From contig OY970309.1 of the NCBI GenBank assembly GCA_963716395.1, forward strand, positions 1,312,001 through 1,376,000: 64,000 nt of DNA. The letters are read 5' to 3'. The DNA comes from an uncultured Fibrobacteria bacterium (GTDB lineage Bacteria; Fibrobacterota; Fibrobacteria; UBA11236). The notes under the pieces were generated by a model. That model ran no database searches and was not told where the DNA came from. It was given only the letters and a program-made list of their open reading frames with translations. Position numbers and translations under genes: made by a program. This document shows, one piece after another, positions 20,050 through 27,263 of the stretch; within the stretch, counting starts at the first letter, position 1, and each line of letters opens with the position of its first letter.

Positions 20050-20290
20050 CTGTAGGTGAGTCTTCTGGCTCGCGGTTTGGAGCGGAACGCTCCCCTCCTC
20101 TTTGGCCTTCCCGGCGGACGAACCTGCGGATGGCCGCACCTTGGGGCCGTTCCGTGGTCGCCTCTCCAGTGGCCGGCGCGCCGGGGGCGCGCCGCAAAAG
20201 GAGTTCAACCGCTTACAGCGACGAGCTCGCTCCCGATTCGCACGGGATTCCTCGTTATGTCCCCGCCTGAGGCGGGGACTCCCTGCAAGC
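20050..20290 (-). promoter_or_regulatory. Cobalamin (B12) riboswitch
   Basis: The minus strand reads AGGAATCCCGTGCGAATCGGGAGCGAGCTCGTCGCTGTAA...GCCACTGG...CCGGGAAGGC...GCGAGCCAGAAGACTCACC. These are the conserved cobalamin riboswitch blocks in the correct order, upstream of a TonB receptor. Confidence 0.85.
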
Positions 20291-20368
20291 GGGCAGGAAG
20301 GTATATCGGCGCAATATCGGCGGCAAGGGAAGGGCCGGCGAATTATTTTGCGAAGAAGGTTTATCCCT

Positions 20369-21463
20369 ATGATTTCCGGAAACAGCGGGCGGCACCCAGG
20401 TTTAAGAGCGGGTATCGGAGTCGGCGTTTGGGCGTTGCTCGGCGCCTGTTCGGGATCGCATGCGCCTGCCGTACACCGCTGGTACGGCATGGACACCGAT
20501 TTCTCGGCCGCGCTGTACGGCCGGGGATCGGTGCCGGCCGACACGGCCTTTGCCGACCTCGAGCATGAAAGCCAGCGCCTCGAACGCGTGTTCAGCGACT
20601 TCATGCCCAACTCCGATTTGAGTCGCCTGTTGGGAAAAGCGGGCGACACCATCACCACCGATCCGGAAATCATCCAGGTGTTCCGCAGCGCCCAGGAAAT
20701 GGCGGTGGCCTCGCGGGGCCGTTTCGATATCACCTTGCACCGTTTGAAAATCGCCTGGGGACTGGCCAGCGGCGACTCGGGGCGCATCCCCACTGAAGCC
20801 GAAATCGCGAATGCCATGCGCGGCGATCCGGCTTACCACGTCGCGCCCGGCGTCAATCCGGCCCTGCAACCGCCCTACCGCATTCTCTCCGATCGCCGCC
20901 TGCTCCTGCTGCGCGACAGCGCGGTTTTCGACCTGGGCGGAATCGCCAAAGGTTATACCGTGGATCGGTTGCATGATTTACTGGATTCGCTCGGCTTTCC
21001 CGATCACATCGTGCAGGCCGGAGGCGATTTACGCTTGGGCGGCCGCAAGCCCGACGGCCGGCCGTGGAATGTCGGCATCCGCCATCCGCGTCATTCCGAC
21101 TCGCTGGCGGGAGACTTGACGTTGAAACATCCTTACGCCGTCTCGACCTCGGGCGATTACGAACGCTATTTCATCCGCGACGGAATCCGCTATCACCACA
21201 TCTTCGATCCCTATACCGGCCGGCCGGCCCGGCCCTATTGTTCGGTTACGGTGCTGGCCGCGACCAGCGAAGAGGCCGACCGGTTGAGCAAACCCTTGTT
21301 CATCCTGGGTCCGGCGCAAAGCGGCGATTTGCTGCAAAGCTTTCACGCCGAAGCGGTCTGGATTCGCGCCGACCCCGCGGGCCTTTGTTACACGGCTTCG
21401 GCGGGAATGCTGGACAAGTTGTCCATCCCACACATTCCCCCATGCCCGCCGGACGGGCTCTGA
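20369..21463 (+). CDS. apbE: FAD:protein FMN transferase (ApbE), lipoprotein
   Basis: Lipobox LGAC; GMDT, FDIT, DLGGIAKGY, AGGDL, VGIRHPR, STSGDYERY and YHHIFDPYTG motifs. Confidence 0.95.
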   Translation: MISGNSGRHPGLRAGIGVGVWALLGACSGSHAPAVHRWYGMDTDFSAALYGRGSVPADTAFADLEHESQRLERVFSDFMPNSDLSRLLGKAGDTITTDPEIIQVFRSAQEMAVASRGRFDITLHRLKIAWGLASGDSGRIPTEAEIANAMRGDPAYHVAPGVNPALQPPYRILSDRRLLLLRDSAVFDLGGIAKGYTVDRLHDLLDSLGFPDHIVQAGGDLRLGGRKPDGRPWNVGIRHPRHSDSLAGDLTLKHPYAVSTSGDYERYFIRDGIRYHHIFDPYTGRPARPYCSVTVLAATSEEADRLSKPLFILGPAQSGDLLQSFHAEAVWIRADPAGLCYTASAGMLDKLSIPHIPPCPPDGL

Positions 21464-21689
21464 GCGGAAGGTTCCCATGCGCCCGCGTGTTGGGAACGGA
21501 TCCGGCCCGCCTGGGCAACGACTCCACGTTGTAACGATGATTTCAAAATAACCGGTTCGGATACTTTCGTTTTCGCTTCGAATCAAACCTGATTCGATAA
21601 GTGGGGGCGGGTCGAAAATACTTCCTGCGCGATTAAAAGTTCGGCTTTACATCAAATAACGGCCAAAAAATTGTCTTTCACGGGTGAAA

Positions 21690-22475
21690 ATGAAATTCTC
21701 GGAGCGAAGTGCGAAAGCCAAAGGTTTCGGATTGTCCAAAGCCTTTTTCCGGTATTTGCCCTTCACCGTTTTGGGGTTTACCGCCTGCGATCTGGTTCCC
21801 GGTTTTACCCCCAGCGCCTCGCTCAAGGCGGGGAGCGGCCCGGCTCCGCTGATAGGCCCCAACTGTGCAAGTTGCCATCAATATCCACTGACCGACGTGC
21901 ATCACATTTATCACCTCGTGTCCAACAATGTCAACAGCGACAACCTGGGCCGGCCCCAGCTCAACGGCTACACTACTTGCATGGATTGCCATTTCAATTC
22001 CATCCGCCATTTCAGCTACTTCCATTACGACACGGTCTGGGTGGATGTGAACGGCGACACCCTCTATCAGCACACTTCGCCGACGGATCGCATCGGCGCC
22101 ATTCATGCTTACCACCGCTACCATCCCCTGCCCTACGGCGTGTTTGACACCACCCAGGGCGAAGCCCTGGCCGACAGTATCGACACCCTCATCGTTCAGA
22201 AGTCCCGGGTGGGAAAACTGGTGGAATGGATGACGTCGACCGCCCATGACAACGGCCAGATCGACGTGATCTTCGCCCCCAACGACGTCGATGCGGATTC
22301 GGTGGTGGCCGCCTTTCATCCCAAAGACTTGTCGTGTTCGACCATCGCCTGCCACAATGCGCCCGACGTGTACCGTTGGGCCAACGCTTCCATGGGCTTG
22401 AGCCAATGCCCTTCGGTGGACGGTCTCGACACCACCTGCGCATTGGACACCACCTTGGGAGGCTTGGCGCCGTGA
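21690..22475 (+). CDS. Multiheme c-type cytochrome lipoprotein (2 CxxCH + 1 CxxxxCH)
   Basis: Lipobox FTAC; CASCH, CMDCH, and HDNGQIDVIF...CSTIACH...W resembling the Geobacter CxxxxCH/CxxCH domain. Confidence 0.75.
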   Translation: MKFSERSAKAKGFGLSKAFFRYLPFTVLGFTACDLVPGFTPSASLKAGSGPAPLIGPNCASCHQYPLTDVHHIYHLVSNNVNSDNLGRPQLNGYTTCMDCHFNSIRHFSYFHYDTVWVDVNGDTLYQHTSPTDRIGAIHAYHRYHPLPYGVFDTTQGEALADSIDTLIVQKSRVGKLVEWMTSTAHDNGQIDVIFAPNDVDADSVVAAFHPKDLSCSTIACHNAPDVYRWANASMGLSQCPSVDGLDTTCALDTTLGGLAP

Positions 22476-22699
22476 AACGCATCGTGCTTTCCGCCCTGGC
22501 GACTCTGGCTGCGTTGTCGGCCATGGGGGGTCTCATGCAATGCGCTCCCGTGCCCCAGCGCGAGCGTGAGTATTTGAGCGATCCCATCCTGCAGCGCCAG
22601 GCCGATCCTATGGAAAGCCGCTTGGAAAGCCATGACTTCCCGCGCCGCGAAGGCTCGGTGGGCGGAAGCTCGGGGGCCGGAGGAGGCTGCGGGTGTTGA
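22472..22699 (+). CDS. DUF4266 domain protein
   Basis: CAPVPQREREYLSDP...REGSVGGSSGAGGGCGC* is the DUF4266 pattern. The GTG overlaps the upstream TGA. Confidence 0.85.
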   Translation: MKRIVLSALATLAALSAMGGLMQCAPVPQREREYLSDPILQRQADPMESRLESHDFPRREGSVGGSSGAGGGCGC

Positions 22700-23901
22700 C
22701 CCGCAGACGCACCGCCATGGCGCTGTCACTCGGGGTACTGATGGGTTCCGCGGCGCGCGCGGGAGACGACGGAGGGACCTTGGATTTGAAGTACGAATAC
22801 TTCTGGGATCGCAACCAGGTATGGAATCACACGCCGGCCTTCGATCTCAATCTGCCCCTTTCGCGCAAATGGAATTTCGGCTGGGAGCAGGAGGTCGACG
22901 TGGTGAGCGGCGCCTCGCGTTATCTCGGCGCCAAGCAAGTCGCGCCCTTCGGCGGCCAGCCCATCGACATCGTGTCGGGCGCTTCCAAGGTCGAAGAGCG
23001 CTACTCGGAAAATCCGTCGCTGACCTACTCCCATGCAGGCCTGACCTATTCAGGCGGGGTGTATTACAGCACCGAAGACGATTACACCTCGTTCTCTCCT
23101 TCCGGTTCCTTTTCGGTCGATTTAAACGATCGCAACACCACCGTGGGCGGCAATTACGCCGAGTTCTTCGACAACTTCCATCCCACCGGAGTTTTCGCGG
23201 ATACCGGAATCCGTTCGGATCAAGGTGGGAACAAACGCATCTCGTCGGTGGGGGCCACCTGGGCGCAAACCCTGACCCCGCTCACCTTGGTGGGCATCAC
23301 CGCCGATTACATCTACAGCCGCGGCTATTTGGGGCACCCTTATAATCCGCCCATGGATTCGGCGGGCACGCTGTTCCTCGAAGAGGTGCCGCATCGCAAA
23401 AACGCAGGAGCCCTATCGTTCCAACTCGTGCAGGGTTTTCATCTGGGCGACAATCTCGGTTCGATCAATCTCGACGTGCGCAATTACAAAGACGATTGGG
23501 GCCTGCGTTCCTGGACGGCGGACGCCAAGTTTTTCCAATATCTCACCGACGGGTTCTACCTGCGGCTGCGCGGCCGTTACTACACCCAGACCGGAACTTT
23601 TTTCGCGCAGAAATATTACGGGGGTCACGAGGTTTACCGCACGGCCGACATCCGCTTTTTCCCGTGGAGTTCCTTTTTGGCCGGCCTCAAACTCTCCGGC
23701 CCTTTTCCCGACGCGTGGGACGGGTTTTTGCTTTTGCCGGATCGGTGGGACATTTCTTACGACCAGCTCGTGCGCGGCACCCATGGCGACCTGTTGAACC
23801 CTCCGCAGGGCACGCCGCGCAGCGACTTGTACCAACTCTACGGACCGGATGAGAATTACCTGCAGGGCACGATTCTGGCGGGCCTCATCTTTAATTTGTG
23901 A
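22693..23901 (+). CDS. DUF3570 outer-membrane protein with two putative flavinylation motifs
   Basis: VDVVSGAS and IDIVSGAS, YSTEDDYTS, LNDRNTT, GYLGHPY, YKDDWG and RYYTQT; located between DUF4266 and TlpA. Confidence 0.85.
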   Translation: MLTRRRTAMALSLGVLMGSAARAGDDGGTLDLKYEYFWDRNQVWNHTPAFDLNLPLSRKWNFGWEQEVDVVSGASRYLGAKQVAPFGGQPIDIVSGASKVEERYSENPSLTYSHAGLTYSGGVYYSTEDDYTSFSPSGSFSVDLNDRNTTVGGNYAEFFDNFHPTGVFADTGIRSDQGGNKRISSVGATWAQTLTPLTLVGITADYIYSRGYLGHPYNPPMDSAGTLFLEEVPHRKNAGALSFQLVQGFHLGDNLGSINLDVRNYKDDWGLRSWTADAKFFQYLTDGFYLRLRGRYYTQTGTFFAQKYYGGHEVYRTADIRFFPWSSFLAGLKLSGPFPDAWDGFLLLPDRWDISYDQLVRGTHGDLLNPPQGTPRSDLYQLYGPDENYLQGTILAGLIFNL

Positions 23902-23918
23902 TGGAAAGGAGACGGGGA

Positions 23919-24413
23919 ATGATACACAAATCACTTTTTCGCGCGACGGGAATGGCTTTGGCTTTGACGGCCGCGACCTGGGCCGGGGCGCCGCTCACCC
24001 ATTTGCCGCGCTTTAAACTTTCGGATCTCACCGGTAAAACGTGGTCGAGCGCGCAATTCATGGGACGCCCCCTGGTGATCGATTTTTGGGCCACCTGGTG
24101 CCATACCTGCAAAGAAACCATACCCAAGCTCGTCGAGATCAACGAGAAGTACAAAGACAAGGGGCTGACCATCATCGGCATCAGCGAAGACAAGTCGTCG
24201 GACGAGAAGGTGCAGCGCGAAGCGAAAAAGTTCGGCATCAACTATCTCGTGCTGCACGACAAAGACAATTCTTTTGGCAGCCTGTTCGGATTCTCCGGCA
24301 TTCCCTCGCTCTACGTATTCAACCGCCGCGGCGAACTCAAAACCGCCATGCCGGGATACGATCCCGACGAGGAAAAGCAGTTGGATCAGGCCGTACAACA
24401 AGTCCTGCATTGA
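23919..24413 (+). CDS. TlpA/ResA-family thiol-disulfide oxidoreductase
   Basis: IDFWATWCHTCKETIP and GIPSLYVF; signal peptide; AAAGGAG RBS. Confidence 0.9.
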   Translation: MIHKSLFRATGMALALTAATWAGAPLTHLPRFKLSDLTGKTWSSAQFMGRPLVIDFWATWCHTCKETIPKLVEINEKYKDKGLTIIGISEDKSSDEKVQREAKKFGINYLVLHDKDNSFGSLFGFSGIPSLYVFNRRGELKTAMPGYDPDEEKQLDQAVQQVLH

Positions 24414-24434
24414 CGCCGAAGAAAGGAGGATGCC

Positions 24435-25142
24435 ATGAACCTGTTCAGCACGGATCACATGTCTTCGGCCCTTTCGACCGGGTCGGTGGGCGTGATATTC
24501 CTGTGTTTCGCCGCGGGCGTGGGTTCGAGCTTCACGCCCTGCATTTACCCCTTGATTCCGGTAACGGTGGGCATTCTGGGTTCGCGTCAGGCCGAATCCA
24601 AAATCATGGGCTTTCTGTTGACCCTGGTGTATGTGCTGGGCATCGCCACCACCTACGCGGCTTTGGGTATGGTGGCCGCCTTCACCGGATCGCTGTTCGG
24701 ATCGCTCAGCGCCAATCCCTGGGTACTGATGGGGGTTGCGGTGGTCATCATGGGTTTGGCCTTATCCATGCTCGAAGTGTTCCATCTCAATTTCGCCCTC
24801 CTGACCCCCAACCTCCAGGGCGGAAAGCGCCGACCGGGGCTGCTTTCGAATTTTTTGTACGGCCTCACCTTCGGCCTGGTCGCTTCGCCCTGCACCGCAC
24901 CGCCGCTGGCCGCCATTTTGACCTGGGTGGGTTCGACCAAAAACGCCATCATGGGCCCGGTTCTGCTCTTCTCTTTTGCGCTGGGAATGGGTTCCGTCCT
25001 CATTTTATTGGGAACTTTCTCGTCTTTTCTCACGCGGCTGCCGCGATCGGGAGTGTGGATGGTGCATATCAAAAAAACCATGGGATATCTCATGATCCTC
25101 ATGGCCGGATATTTCGTATTTCAGGCCGGGCGCCAATGGTAG
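24435..25142 (+). CDS. ccdA: CcdA / DsbD transmembrane electron-transport domain
   Basis: SFTPCIYPLIP and ASPCTAPPL catalytic Cys motifs; LPRSGVWM. Confidence 0.9.
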   Translation: MNLFSTDHMSSALSTGSVGVIFLCFAAGVGSSFTPCIYPLIPVTVGILGSRQAESKIMGFLLTLVYVLGIATTYAALGMVAAFTGSLFGSLSANPWVLMGVAVVIMGLALSMLEVFHLNFALLTPNLQGGKRRPGLLSNFLYGLTFGLVASPCTAPPLAAILTWVGSTKNAIMGPVLLFSFALGMGSVLILLGTFSSFLTRLPRSGVWMVHIKKTMGYLMILMAGYFVFQAGRQW

Positions 25143-25187
25143 GCGGCGGCCGGAGCAAGTGATTCATTTAGCCTGGGAGGGGTTGAC

Positions 25188-25709
25188 ATGAACAAGCGAA
25201 TTCTATTTCCCGCCATGGCGGTTTGCGCCTTGCTGCTGCTTTCCCTGCATCGGCGCAGTGATGCCGAACCCGACGTGATCTCAGCGGCCAGCATTGCCGT
25301 GGGCAGCACTTCCATCACACAAACCTCGGCGGTGGTCACCTATTCCAACGACCGCTACAATTACGGCGTGCGCACCATGTGCTATGACCCGGCCCCCTTG
25401 GCGCCCCAGGATAGTTGCCAAGCGCATAATGCCTCGGGCAATTCGGGATCATTCACGATTAATGGGCTCAAACCCGGCACCGCGTACAATTTCGTGGTCA
25501 CGGCCACTGACCCCGGGAACTCGCGTCATCGCCCTTATTCCACCAACGGGACGTTCACGACCCAGGGCCAGCCTTCAGGTCTCACCTTGCCCGTTAACCA
25601 AACGTCGGCGGTTGGGGCGGGTGCCGCCGTGTATGACCTGCGCGGCCGGTTGCTGCCGCGGCCACAGCTCCGGCGGGCGCTCGAAGGGGTCACGCGCCCG
25701 GTACCGTGA
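25188..25709 (+). CDS. Secreted fibronectin type III domain protein with a short C-terminal tag
   Basis: Signal peptide; SITQTSAVVTY...INGLKPGTAYNFVVTATD...FTT FN3 pattern; C-terminal AVYDLRGR; N-terminal DVISAAS. Confidence 0.7.
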   Translation: MNKRILFPAMAVCALLLLSLHRRSDAEPDVISAASIAVGSTSITQTSAVVTYSNDRYNYGVRTMCYDPAPLAPQDSCQAHNASGNSGSFTINGLKPGTAYNFVVTATDPGNSRHRPYSTNGTFTTQGQPSGLTLPVNQTSAVGAGAAVYDLRGRLLPRPQLRRALEGVTRPVP

Positions 25710-25738
25710 CTCAAATGTGACCAGATTCGGGGAAAAGC

Positions 25739-26128
25739 ATGTTTCGCGCCGGCTCTTTTTTCCGCCCCCTGGATGCGGCCGTGTGGGTGGCCATCACCTG
25801 CGCTTCGGCCTGGGGGTTCGCGCATTTCCAAATGGTCAAGGGTTCGCGCGCCGTCATTTACGTGGCCGACAAGAAATACGGCTGGTATGATTTGGCGGGG
25901 CCGCGGCAAGAACTCACCGTCCCCACCCGTATCGGTCCGGTGCGCGTGGAGGTGGGCGGCGGTACGGTCCGCGTGCTGCATTCGCCCTGTCCGAACAAGA
26001 TTTGCATGAAAACCGGAGCCATCCGCATGGTGCATTCCGAAATCGTGTGCATGCCGGCCCGGTTGCTCGTCACAGTGGAAGGCGACGGGGGTGAAGACGC
26101 GGGAGGCACCGATGCCGTCACCTATTGA
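25739..26128 (+). CDS. NusG domain II-like (DUF1312) membrane-anchored protein
   Basis: VRVLHSPCPNKICMKTGAI...IVCMPARLLV and C-terminal DAVTY are the family signature. Confidence 0.85.
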   Translation: MFRAGSFFRPLDAAVWVAITCASAWGFAHFQMVKGSRAVIYVADKKYGWYDLAGPRQELTVPTRIGPVRVEVGGGTVRVLHSPCPNKICMKTGAIRMVHSEIVCMPARLLVTVEGDGGEDAGGTDAVTY

Positions 26129-27263
26129 TCGAGAGCATCGAGAGGAAACGCCGGTCCGGGCCCCGGCGCCGAAACTTACCGCGGGGCAGTTCGCCCTGGC
26201 GCTCCTGGCCGCATCGAGCCTGCAAATCATGGAAAACCTTATTCCGCGTTTTCCGCTTTTCCCCTGGCTGCGCGTGGGACTTTCCTATGTGATCATTCTA
26301 CCGTTTCTTTTGCAATTTGGGCCACGCGCCGCCTTCGCGCTGGTGCTGGGCCGCAACCTGGTGGCGGTGCTGTATGGCGGCCAGCCGTTTTCGACCTTTC
26401 TCATCAGCAGCAGTTCCGGCGTCGTGGCTTTTCTGGGGTTGGGCTGGCCGGTGCGGTGGCTGTATGCGCGCCGCCTGTTGGGACTTTCGGGCGCGGGAGT
26501 GCTGCTGGCCACGGTTTTCAACATTACCCAATTGGTCTTGGTGGAATGCGTCTTGATCCGGCATGCCGGGTTTTTTTTCCAAATCGGCCCGATTCTGGCC
26601 TGGTCGGCGCTGTCGGGCGTGGCGGTAGCGGCCTTCATTCGTTATGCGGAAGGCGATCTGCTGGCTTGGTTTCAGCGCACCGCCCGGGAAACCTCGATGA
26701 CCGCTCCCCGCATGCGCCGCAACGACACCCGCCTCTTCGCCGCCGGCCTGGCCGCCTTGGGGGCGGTATTGCTGCTGCCGTTCTTGTCTCTGCAAATCGC
26801 CGCCCTGCTCATTGTGCTTTTCGCGTCGCGCGGGCAAAGCAAGATTCTGTTTTCCGCCTGGCCATTCTTCTTCTACCTGGCTTGGCTGCATTTGTTCCAC
26901 ACCGCCGGCGAATATTGGATCGGCGACTGGGTCACGCGTCAGGGCGTCGCGGCGTTTTGCTTTTACACGGTGCGTTTGGCCAATCTCATTTTGCTGGGCC
27001 GCTGGATTTCCGGCCGATTTCCCTGGCACTGGGGCGAGCGTTCGGGTTCGGTCTATGCCCAAGGCTTTTTGCTGTCCTTGCCTTTGATGACCGACATTTT
27101 CGAATCCAGCCTGCGCCTCGGCCGCGAAATGGGAAGGCGTTTGTGGTCGGGTAACCGGCGGGGGGCGTTGACGCCGGCTTTCGATGCCTGGCAAGCCAAG
27201 GTGGAGACGGGATCGGAGGCGCCGTCCGTCTTCGGCGGAGCGGCCGCACCGATCACCAACTGA
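26112..27263 (+). CDS. Gx-transporter (heptaprenyl-PP synthase component I-like) domain fused to an EcfT/CbiQ-like membrane domain
   Basis: N-half: ENLIP...PWLRVGLS, TFLISSSSG, GLSGAGVL...FNITQL (Gx family). C-half: LHLFHTAGE...VTRQGV...TVRL resembles EcfT. ATG at 26112 after GGGAGG. Confidence 0.7.
   Translation: MPSPIDREHREETPVRAPAPKLTAGQFALALLAASSLQIMENLIPRFPLFPWLRVGLSYVIILPFLLQFGPRAAFALVLGRNLVAVLYGGQPFSTFLISSSSGVVAFLGLGWPVRWLYARRLLGLSGAGVLLATVFNITQLVLVECVLIRHAGFFFQIGPILAWSALSGVAVAAFIRYAEGDLLAWFQRTARETSMTAPRMRRNDTRLFAAGLAALGAVLLLPFLSLQIAALLIVLFASRGQSKILFSAWPFFFYLAWLHLFHTAGEYWIGDWVTRQGVAAFCFYTVRLANLILLGRWISGRFPWHWGERSGSVYAQGFLLSLPLMTDIFESSLRLGREMGRRLWSGNRRGALTPAFDAWQAKVETGSEAPSVFGGAAAPITN

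Noticed and set aside
19321-20817. 498-aa minus-strand ORF and the 20102 upstream extension of apbE
   Set aside because: Both run through the cobalamin riboswitch; the lipobox places the apbE start near 20369.
21530-21545. CRP-like site TGTAA-N6-TTTCA upstream of the heme lipoprotein
   Set aside because: Only a 7/10 match in an AT-rich spacer, not distinguishable from chance.
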